NCBI GenBank assembly: GCA_038239145.1
Contig: JBBSFB010000002.1
Location: forward strand, 4,456 to 68,455
Origin: Acidimicrobiia bacterium
GTDB taxonomy: Bacteria > Actinomycetota > Acidimicrobiia > IMCC26256 > PALSA-610
Length of the DNA: 64,000 nucleotides
Direction: 5' to 3'
Below, piece after piece: positions 1 to 7,822 of this stretch (positions are counted from its first letter, which is position 1; every line of letters starts with the position of its first letter). Under the pieces are notes generated by a model that was not told the DNA's origin, did no database searches, and saw nothing but the letters and a program-made list of their open reading frames with translations. The position numbers and the translations under genes were made by a program.

Positions 1-624
1 TGCGTCTACGCCGCCGACAAGCAGGTGCAGACCGACGTCACGGCGCTGCGCGAGGAAGACGCCTACCCGGCGATGCCCGAGGACGGCTACGGCTGGGAGA
101 AGCTGTTCTCCGAGCGCATGTGCCGCCACTTCGAAGAGGACTTCGGGCTCACGACACGCGTCGCCCGCTACCACAACGTCTACGGCCCCCAAGGGACCTG
201 GGACGGTGGTCGGGAGAAGGCACCTGCGGCGATCTGCCGCAAGGTCGCAACCGCGGCGTTGAACGAGCTGCACGAGATCGAGATCTGGGGCGACGGCGAG
301 CAGACCCGCAGCTTCACCTACATCGACGACTGCGTGTACGGCACCGAGCGCCTGACGTGGAGCGACGTCAACGAGCCGTTGAACATCGGTTCGAGCGAGC
401 TCGTCTCGATCAACCAGATGGTCGACATCGTCGAGGACATCGCCGGCATCGCGCTCGAGCGCACGTACCTGCTCGACGCGCCGAAGGGCGTCCGCGGTCG
501 CAACTCCGACAACACCCGGATCCTCGAACTGTTCGGTTGGGAGCCCAGCACGACCTTGCGCGAGGGCCTCGAGCAGAACTACCGCTGGGTCTACGACCAG
601 GTCTCCAAGAGCCTCGGTCGTTGA
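1..624 (+). CDS. NAD-dependent epimerase, GDP-mannose 3',5'-epimerase-like (5' truncated by window edge)
   Basis: Frame open from base 1 (CVYAADKQ). YGWEK YxxxK motif. RYHNVYGPQGTWDGGREKAPAAICRK and GVRGRNSDN closely resemble plant GME motifs. Confidence 0.85.
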   Translation, partial: CVYAADKQVQTDVTALREEDAYPAMPEDGYGWEKLFSERMCRHFEEDFGLTTRVARYHNVYGPQGTWDGGREKAPAAICRKVATAALNELHEIEIWGDGEQTRSFTYIDDCVYGTERLTWSDVNEPLNIGSSELVSINQMVDIVEDIAGIALERTYLLDAPKGVRGRNSDNTRILELFGWEPSTTLREGLEQNYRWVYDQVSKSLGR

Positions 625-662
625 GCGAGCCGGGCTCGGGCCCGGCTCGACGAGGAGCATGC

Positions 663-1592
663 GTGGGCACCCAGACTGCGCGTGACGCGACCATCTGCAT
701 CACGACGTATCGACGACCGCAGGGCCTCGCACGGCTCCTCGAGTCGATCGACGCGCTCGAAGTTCCCGACGGCTGGGTTTTCGACGTCGTGGTCGTCGAC
801 AACGACGTCGACGGATCGGCGCGCGCGACCGTCGAAGCCGCAGGGAATCCCGACGTGCGTTACGTCGTGGAACCCGCGCGCGGCATCGCCCAGGTCCGCA
901 ACCGCGCGATCGTGGAGACGCAGACGTCACCGTGGGTCGCGTTCCTCGACGACGACGAATGGCCGGAACCGAACTGGTGGCGCCGCCTGGTCGAGGTGCA
1001 GAACGAGACCGGCGCCGACGTGGTGATCGGGCCCTCGGAGCCCGTGTTCGAGACCGACCCGCCGCAATGGATCAGAGAAGGCCGCTTCTTCGAGCGCGAC
1101 CGCTTCGCCACCGGCACCGACATCCCGTCGTGGCTCGCCCGCACGAGCGGCGTCATGATCCGGCGTTCGTGCTTCGAACGACTGGGCGAGCGACCCTTCG
1201 ACGAGCGCCATCCCCTCGCCGGCGGCGAAGACGTGCGGTTCTTCAAGGAGGTCGAAGACCTCGGCGCCCGGATTGTCTGGGTCGACGATGCGGTCGTGAA
1301 CGAGTTCGTCCCCGCGACCCGCTCGAATGCGCGGTGGCTGTTGCGACGCGCCTTTCGCATCGGTAACTCCCGCAGCGTCGCGCTCCTGCTCGACGGAGCG
1401 AGCCCGACCCGACGCCTGAAGCGCGTCGCGCGCGGCGTCGTCGACATCGGTATCGGCTTCGGCCGCCTCGTCGGCTCCCGGACGAAGGCCGAGCGGATGG
1501 CGAGCATCTCCCGCGCCGCGCTCGGGCTCGGGCTCATCGCCGGTGCGCTGGGCCTCCGCTACGACGAGTACAAGTTGACCCACGGCCGATGA
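663..1592 (+). CDS. GT2 glycosyltransferase (ExoM-like)
   Basis: ICITTYRRP, VVVDND, FLDDDE and GGED motifs. GAGGAG RBS before GTG at 663. Upstream part of ORF 120..1592 is a shadow of the epimerase. Confidence 0.85.
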   Translation: MGTQTARDATICITTYRRPQGLARLLESIDALEVPDGWVFDVVVVDNDVDGSARATVEAAGNPDVRYVVEPARGIAQVRNRAIVETQTSPWVAFLDDDEWPEPNWWRRLVEVQNETGADVVIGPSEPVFETDPPQWIREGRFFERDRFATGTDIPSWLARTSGVMIRRSCFERLGERPFDERHPLAGGEDVRFFKEVEDLGARIVWVDDAVVNEFVPATRSNARWLLRRAFRIGNSRSVALLLDGASPTRRLKRVARGVVDIGIGFGRLVGSRTKAERMASISRAALGLGLIAGALGLRYDEYKLTHGR

Positions 1593-2791
1593 CGAACGAC
1601 GCGGACATGCACGTGCTCGTCGTGACCCACTCGGAGAAGGTCTGGGGGGCCGAGCGCCAGCTCTTCGAGCTCCGGACGCGCCTCGCCGACGCCGGCATCC
1701 GGCTCACGCTCGCGTGCCCGCCCGACTCCGATCTCGCTCGAGCCTGGACCGCAACCGGTTCACCGACCGTCGCGTACACGCCCGCGGGCCCGCTCGGCCT
1801 GCGCGACGACGACGGGAGTCGCCGCGGCGCCCGATCGATCGCCGCGCAGATGCGCGTCATCGGATCCGACGCACGTCACATCCGCCGCCTGATCCGATCG
1901 GTCGGCGCCGACGTGGTCGAGTCGTACACGCTGAACGCGAACGTCGAGGTGGTGCTCGCAGGCCGGGCGTCGCACACCCCGAGCGTGCTCGACGTCCACG
2001 ACATCGTCGTTCCCGGGTTCGGCCGCCGCGTCCTCGGTCTGGCGGCGGGAGCGGGCACCGTCACGATCGCCAACAGCGGCGCCACCGCTTCGACCGTCGG
2101 GCGTGGACGCGTCGAGATCGTGTTCCCGGGCGTCGACACCGACCGCTTCGTTCCGGGTCCCGCCGATGCGGCGACCCGGGCCCGCCTCGCGGCGCACCCC
2201 GATCGGCCCGTCGTCGGCATCCTCGGCCGGGTCGACCCGGAGAAGGGCATCGACGTCGTGGCCCGCGCCGTCGCGCGTCTCCTTCCCCCGCTCGACGAGA
2301 CCCAGCTCGTCGTCGTGGGTGCGTCACTCATGGCTGCCCGCGACTTCGACACCGCGCTCCGGGCCGAGGTCGGCGGCCTCCTCGGAGGCCGGGCCCGCTT
2401 CGTCGAGCCGACCGACGACGTACCCGCCGTGATGCGTTGCCTCGACGTACTCGTGAACGCCTCGAGGGCCGAGCCTTTCGGTCTGACCGTCCTCGAGGCC
2501 CAGGCGTGCGGTGTACCGGTCGTGGCGAGCGCGGCCGGCGGTATCCCCGAGTTCGTCACCGACGACGCGAACGGTCTCTTGTTCGCGTCCGGGGACGACG
2601 ACGCGCTCGCGCGTGCGCTCACCCGACTGCTCTCCGATGCAACGCTGCGAAGCCGGCTCACGGCCGAAGCGATCATCACCGCGCGTGCGAAGTCGATGGA
2701 TCACCAAGCTGCGCTCGTTGCCGACGTGTACCGCGCCGCGGTCGCGCGCCGGCCCCGGAGACGCGCGCTGTCGAGCCTGAGCCCGAAATGA
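1589..2791 (+). CDS. GT4 glycosyltransferase
   Basis: GAERQ, GRVDPEKG and EPFGLTVLEAQACG motifs. ATGA overlap with the previous gene. Confidence 0.9.
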   Translation: MTNDADMHVLVVTHSEKVWGAERQLFELRTRLADAGIRLTLACPPDSDLARAWTATGSPTVAYTPAGPLGLRDDDGSRRGARSIAAQMRVIGSDARHIRRLIRSVGADVVESYTLNANVEVVLAGRASHTPSVLDVHDIVVPGFGRRVLGLAAGAGTVTIANSGATASTVGRGRVEIVFPGVDTDRFVPGPADAATRARLAAHPDRPVVGILGRVDPEKGIDVVARAVARLLPPLDETQLVVVGASLMAARDFDTALRAEVGGLLGGRARFVEPTDDVPAVMRCLDVLVNASRAEPFGLTVLEAQACGVPVVASAAGGIPEFVTDDANGLLFASGDDDALARALTRLLSDATLRSRLTAEAIITARAKSMDHQAALVADVYRAAVARRPRRRALSSLSPK

Positions 2792-2834
2792 ACGCTGCGA
2801 AAACGTGCCTTGCACCCGTCGTTAGGATTTTGCC

Positions 2835-4868
2835 GTGATGACGCCGCTTCCCCGTGATGACGCGCCGCCCCTGGCGCCAGTGCGCGTCACGATCGCGCTC
2901 CCTGTGTACAACGGCGAGAACTTCATCGAGCGTGCCCTCGACGCGATCCTCGGTCAGACGTACCACGACTTCGAGCTCCTCATCTCCGACAACGGCTCGA
3001 CCGACCGCACCCCTGAGATCTGCCGTCGTCACGCGGCGAAGGATTCCCGGGTCCGGTATCTCCGCAACGACATCAACCGGGGCGCGGGCTGGAACTACGA
3101 GAACGCGCGAGCCCAGGCGCGTGGCACCGACTACTTCAAGTGGGCCGCACACGACGACATCATCGCCCCCACGTTCCTGGAGCGGTGTGTCGCCGCGCTC
3201 GACGCCGATCCCGAAGCCGTCGTCGCGTTCAGCGGTGTCGCCGCGATCGACGCGAACGGCGATCTCATCCGGCTCAAGAAGCGTCAGGTCGAGGCCACCA
3301 GCCCCCGCCCGAGCGACCGGTTCCGCGGCGTGATCCGCACCGACGCCGACCCCGAGGCCGTCTTCGGCCTCATGCGCGTGAGCGCGCTCGAGCACACCCG
3401 CGGGCAGGGCGACTACGTCGCTTCCGACCGGGTGCTGCTGGCCGAGCTCGCAGTGCAGGGAACGTTCTTCGAAGTGCCCGAGGTGCTGCTCTTCAATCGG
3501 GATCATCCGAGCCGCTCGGTCCGGATCACGGGCGGCGACTTCCGCAAGCTGACGTCGTGGTTCGCGCCGGGCAAGGCCGAGCAGTTCATGCCGAACTGGC
3601 GGCTCTGGCGCGAGTACGCGCACGCGGCCCGGCACGCGCCGGTCTCGTTCTTCGAGCGCGTGCGCTGCATGTTGCTCCTCCCCGCCTTCCTGCGCGGGCA
3701 CGCCAAGTTGCTGGTCGGTGACCTCCGGTTCCTCGTACTGCGTCTGTTCCGGCCGTGGCGCAAGCCGTCGGGTACGGCGCTCCCCGACGCGGCCCCGAAC
3801 GTACTGATGGTCGACGCCTCCAACCGCGGTGGCATCGCGCGCTACACGGCCGCGCTCGTCGGCGACCTCCGCGCCGACGGCACCGCGGTCGCGCTCTCCG
3901 CGCCGAGCGGGCACGAGCTGAACGCGCGGGCGATCTCGCACATCCCGTGGGGGGACGAGCTCGTGGGCTGGCCAGGCTGGCGGGTGAAGCTCCTGTTGCT
4001 CCGCGAATTCCCCCGCCGCGCCATCGACCTCGAGGCGGCCGTGCGCCGGGCCCACCCCCGCATACTTCATCTGCAGGCCAACGTCGGTGGCCCCTTCGAC
4101 CCGATCCTCATGCGCCACTGGCGCCGCCGGAAGATCCGCATCGTCCGCACCGTGCACGACGTCGTCGCCCATGAGAGCACCCGAGCGGCGCGCCGCGACG
4201 AGAAACTCTGGCGCTTGGCCGACGTCGTCATCGTGCACGGCACCGAGGCCCGCGCTGCGGTCGAAGCGGCCGCCCCGGCAACGCGGGTCTACGTCATACC
4301 GCCCGACCCGCCCCGCGTCACCACGCCGTCGCGCCCCGATGCCCGGGTCGCGCTCGGGATCGATGATCGCCCGCGCGCCTTGCTGCTCGGCATCATCCGC
4401 TCGTACAAGGGCGTCGGCATCGTCGCCGACGCCTGGTCGGCCGTGCGCGCCGCGCTGCCCGACGCCGTGCTGACCGTCGCGGGATCACTCCCGGAGCCGT
4501 CGGCTGATCTCGAGCGCCTCGCCCGGCTCGACGGCGTCGACGTGAGGCTCGGCTGGCTCAGCGACGAGGACGTCCTCCTGTGGGCCGCCGCCGCCGATCT
4601 CTGTCTGCTTCCCTACGCGCACGGCGTCCACTCGGCGGTCATGCACAGCGCGGTGGTCGCGGGGACGCCGGTACTGGCCAGTCCCCCGCTCGCCGAGGAG
4701 TTGGAACGCTTCCGGGCCGGCCGCATCGTTCCCCTCGACGCCGCCCAGTGGTCGGAGGCCATCATCGAGGCCCTCTCCACCCACCCGTTGCCCGCGCCGA
4801 CCGTCCCGCCCCGGGGCGCCCAGGCCGAGGCGACCAACGCGCTCTACCGAAAGTTGCTCGCGCGCTGA
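2835..4868 (+). CDS. Bifunctional GT2-GT4 fusion glycosyltransferase
   Basis: N-half LPVYNGE, SDNGSTD, WAAHDD (GT2). C-half GGIARY, TVHD, GIIRSYKG, LPY..HSAV (GT4). Confidence 0.85.
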   Translation: MMTPLPRDDAPPLAPVRVTIALPVYNGENFIERALDAILGQTYHDFELLISDNGSTDRTPEICRRHAAKDSRVRYLRNDINRGAGWNYENARAQARGTDYFKWAAHDDIIAPTFLERCVAALDADPEAVVAFSGVAAIDANGDLIRLKKRQVEATSPRPSDRFRGVIRTDADPEAVFGLMRVSALEHTRGQGDYVASDRVLLAELAVQGTFFEVPEVLLFNRDHPSRSVRITGGDFRKLTSWFAPGKAEQFMPNWRLWREYAHAARHAPVSFFERVRCMLLLPAFLRGHAKLLVGDLRFLVLRLFRPWRKPSGTALPDAAPNVLMVDASNRGGIARYTAALVGDLRADGTAVALSAPSGHELNARAISHIPWGDELVGWPGWRVKLLLLREFPRRAIDLEAAVRRAHPRILHLQANVGGPFDPILMRHWRRRKIRIVRTVHDVVAHESTRAARRDEKLWRLADVVIVHGTEARAAVEAAAPATRVYVIPPDPPRVTTPSRPDARVALGIDDRPRALLLGIIRSYKGVGIVADAWSAVRAALPDAVLTVAGSLPEPSADLERLARLDGVDVRLGWLSDEDVLLWAAAADLCLLPYAHGVHSAVMHSAVVAGTPVLASPPLAEELERFRAGRIVPLDAAQWSEAIIEALSTHPLPAPTVPPRGAQAEATNALYRKLLAR

Positions 4869-4933
4869 GCAGACTTCTGCCCGAGCAAAAGATGCTCGTA
4901 CGACAAGGTCTCGGCTGACGTGCCTCGGGCACG

Positions 4934-5021
4934 GCACCCGCGAATAATCGTGGATACCACGGGCGGTATCACCGGCGGTATCACCGGCGGTATCACCGGC
5001 GGTATCACCGGCGGTATCCAC
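4934..5021 (+). repeat. Palindromic REP-like element with tandem 12-bp GGCGGTATCACC units (copy A)
   Basis: GCACCCGCGAA-N5-GTGGATACC, then four full GGCGGTATCACC units (4962-5009) and GGCGGTATCCAC. 4950-4958 and 5013-5021 are exact reverse complements. Confidence 0.9.
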
Positions 5022-5224
5022 CAGATCGTGAGCTGTCGCGGCGCTTCGCTGACAGTTGGTGGCGACGTTGCCGGATGGCGTGAAGTTGGCGCCGTGGTGC
5101 CGGAAGTTGGGGATCGCTCGGCAGAGCGCGTCCACGGGGCGGGCCCGGTATCGGACGGGCAGCGGGTCGGATCAGCGGCAAACTCGAGGACCGGATCGTC
5201 GCCGCCCGTGAACGCCCGCGGCAT

Positions 5225-5273
5225 CGCAATACCGCCGGTGATACCCCCGGTGGTTTCCACCGCATTCGCGAGC
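5225..5273 (-). repeat. Same REP-like element, inverted (copy B)
   Basis: Minus strand reads CGCGAATGCG-GTGGAAACCACC-GGGGGTATCACC-GGCGGTATTGCG. Confidence 0.8.
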
Positions 5274-5309
5274 ATGCCGACTTCGGGCCGCTCAACGACG
5301 GGAACTCGT

Positions 5310-6359
5310 CTACGACGCGAACTCGACGACGCGATCACCCGGGTGGCGATAACCGTGCGCACCTCGCACCAGTACCACGCCCCGGCACGTCACCCCGGCC
5401 TGTTGCAACATCTTGATCGCGGAAGTGATCTCCGTAACCGACGAGGCCCGATCGTCGACGGCGAGCACGCACGCCGAGAGATCCTCGGTCGCAGCGCGTA
5501 GACACGCTTCGGCGACGGGAGGTCCCGCGACGGCGCCGATGCCGGGGAGCGCCGGAGTCGACGCCGACGCCTCTACGACAAAGCGCTCGTCCTCCCGGTC
5601 GAAGCGGTCGACCAGCCAGGGTGCAAGCTGCGCGTCGCCCAACGACGTCACGACCACGCGGCCGTTCGCGAAGTCGTCCCCGAGGAGCACCGCGACGATC
5701 GATTGCAGACCGTCCCGGCCACCGCGGCGCCGCGTCGCATTCACGCTGCCGAGCACCCGGACGCCGCGCCGGCGGAGCGCGGTGACGACGTCGCGCGCTT
5801 CCTGCAGGCGCTGCGCGCCGAACGCGGTGATGACGAAGGCGAAGAATGCGAAGGCGAACAGGGCCACGAAGCTGATGATCTTGACGCGCCGCCCCGTCAC
5901 CACTGCGCCCGATGCCGGGTCGAGAAGCTGGATGCCGAGGTAGGGGTCGTTCTTCATACGCGTGACCAACGTGCGGGCCAGCGCGCCACTCCATGCAGTG
6001 GCCGTGTCGGGATCCTTCGCCTCGACGTTCACGAACAACGAGCTGTCCTGGTTGTCGAGCGAGGAGGTCACGGTGATCGGGACGTCGACGAACTCGGCCG
6101 GGACGCTCGGCGCCGCCTGCTTCTGCAACGACTCGCTCTCCGCGACGACGACGACGTTCGGGAGGATGACGCGCAACACCGTCTCGGATGCGAGCTGGAA
6201 CCGCTCTGCGCGCGGTGTGATGAGGATGGTGCTCGTCGCCTCGTACTTCTGGGGCGAGCGACCGATGGCGAGCACCCCGATGCTCAGCACCAGGATGGCG
6301 ACGACGATGCTCGCGCGAAGATGGCGGCGCAGTGCCCGACGGAACTCGATCAGATCCAT
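5310..6359 (-). CDS. Polysaccharide co-polymerase (Wzz-like) with degenerate BY-kinase-like C-terminus
   Basis: MDLIEFRRALRRH-TM-KYEATSTILITP, second TM, C-terminal LQQAGVTCRGVVLV. No intact Walker A. Confidence 0.75.
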   Translation of the reverse strand: MDLIEFRRALRRHLRASIVVAILVLSIGVLAIGRSPQKYEATSTILITPRAERFQLASETVLRVILPNVVVVAESESLQKQAAPSVPAEFVDVPITVTSSLDNQDSSLFVNVEAKDPDTATAWSGALARTLVTRMKNDPYLGIQLLDPASGAVVTGRRVKIISFVALFAFAFFAFVITAFGAQRLQEARDVVTALRRRGVRVLGSVNATRRRGGRDGLQSIVAVLLGDDFANGRVVVTSLGDAQLAPWLVDRFDREDERFVVEASASTPALPGIGAVAGPPVAEACLRAATEDLSACVLAVDDRASSVTEITSAIKMLQQAGVTCRGVVLVRGAHGYRHPGDRVVEFAS

Positions 6360-7732
6360 ACCGACTCCAAGAATTCGGTCTCTTCCGCTTCCGACTTCCG
6401 GGCCTGGGCGATGATCCCGATGAGCATCCCCAAGATCACGGTGAATCGGTATTTCTGAGTGATGCTCTCGAATAGGCCTTTGGACACGAGCTGTACGAGC
6501 AATATCCCGGACGCGAGCGCGATGGCGGCGACAGCCGAGCTTCGGGCGCCGCGCCACGTGACGAACGCGCTCCACAACGACGACGCGAACGCGAGCGAGA
6601 ACAGTCCGAGACCGACGACACCCGTCGTCACCACGAGATCGATGGCGATGTCGTGGAAGTCGCCGCCGGTGAAGGGATCCTCGGATCCGTTCGACTGGAA
6701 GATCTTGAAGTCCTGTCCGAGGCCCCAGCCGAACACCGGGCGTTCCGCTGCGAGGTGACGACCGAAGTCCCAGACCGTCAACCGGATATCGGCCGACTGC
6801 GTCTTGCCGACCCCGGTGAAGCTCCCGCCGAGGCTCGAGACGATCGGCACCGCGGTCGAGCTCGGGCTCGTACGGGCGTTGAGCACGGCGATCGTGCCGA
6901 GCGGTATGACGAGCAGCGCGAGGACCGGGAGCAGATGGGAGAGCCGGGCGCGCGATCGGCGCCGCCACGGTCGTCCCGACATGACGACCAGCGTGCACGC
7001 GATTGTGACGAGCAGGCCGATGAGCGCGGCGCGCTGCCCGGTGACGATGCCGGCGACGATCATCAACCCGCACCACGCGACGACGCCGAACCGGGGCGAG
7101 TCCCGACAGATCTCGACCATCAGCAACAAGAACGAGAGCGAGAGCAGCACCGTCGCCGAGTCGGACCCGAGGCTCGCGCCGAATCCGGCCTGCGGCAACA
7201 GCGGGAAGTTGATCTGGTGTTTGGTGAACGCGGCGAGGATCGGGACGAGCGACATCAATCCGAGCGTCCACGCGGCGCGCCCGATGAACTTCGGCGACGT
7301 CACTGACGACAGCGGCACCCCCGCCATCAGGATCGCCATGCCACCGGCTTCCAGGACGAACTTCTCCTGGAAGATCACGAGCGCCGACGCGTGCCCGTTC
7401 GCGAGTCCGAGCGGCACTGCGATGGTGAACATGGCGAAGAACGCGAACCAGAGCAGGCCGGTGCCCGTCACCCGACGGGGAAGGCCGCGCACGAACAGCC
7501 GCGCGAGCAACGCGATCACGATCACCAGGTCGGCGGCGCGGTAGTCGTGGCCGAAGATCGTCGGCCGCAGGATGCCGGCCGGCTCGGCGCCGCCGTCGGG
7601 GTACACGAGCGCGTCGAACACGACGACCGCGAGCGTCACCACCACGATGATCTCGGGACGGCCGCGCTCCTCGAGGACAACGCACGCGATGACGCCGGCG
7701 ATGGCGACCACCGCGAGGGCGATGATGATCAC
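6350..7732 (-). CDS. O-antigen ligase / Wzy polymerase family membrane protein
   Basis: About 10 or more hydrophobic segments. TGQRAA, RLTVW..RPVFGWGLG and FHD..GVVG motifs of Wzy_C. Confidence 0.85.
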   Translation of the reverse strand: MIIIALAVVAIAGVIACVVLEERGRPEIIVVVTLAVVVFDALVYPDGGAEPAGILRPTIFGHDYRAADLVIVIALLARLFVRGLPRRVTGTGLLWFAFFAMFTIAVPLGLANGHASALVIFQEKFVLEAGGMAILMAGVPLSSVTSPKFIGRAAWTLGLMSLVPILAAFTKHQINFPLLPQAGFGASLGSDSATVLLSLSFLLLMVEICRDSPRFGVVAWCGLMIVAGIVTGQRAALIGLLVTIACTLVVMSGRPWRRRSRARLSHLLPVLALLVIPLGTIAVLNARTSPSSTAVPIVSSLGGSFTGVGKTQSADIRLTVWDFGRHLAAERPVFGWGLGQDFKIFQSNGSEDPFTGGDFHDIAIDLVVTTGVVGLGLFSLAFASSLWSAFVTWRGARSSAVAAIALASGILLVQLVSKGLFESITQKYRFTVILGMLIGIIAQARKSEAEETEFLESVWI

Positions 7733-7822
7733 TGCACCCTCACCAATCCGACCCCAGCCCCGGGTGAGCGTAGTTCACGGGGCCATTGGGTTCACGGCGT
7801 CGGCGGCTCCCCGCCGGCGCGG

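Noticed and set aside
4967-4983. Resemblance of TATCACCGGCGGT to the phage lambda operator consensus
   Set aside because: The second half-site is missing, there are no phage genes, the host is actinobacterial, and the tandem palindromic unit explains the match.
4962-5021. Possible CRISPR array
   Set aside because: 12-bp head-to-tail units with no spacers, and no cas genes in the window.
4920-5501. ORFs with GITG, IPPV or DTAG repeats
   Set aside because: They are translations of the DNA repeat with no protein-like content.
5310-7685. Long apparent fusion ORFs (also 120..1592, 16663..18789, 38856..40370, 43942..45144, 57056..58375, 60727..63096)
   Set aside because: Their 5' parts are Arg-rich off-frame shadows of neighbouring genes in high-GC DNA. 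Real starts are internal.
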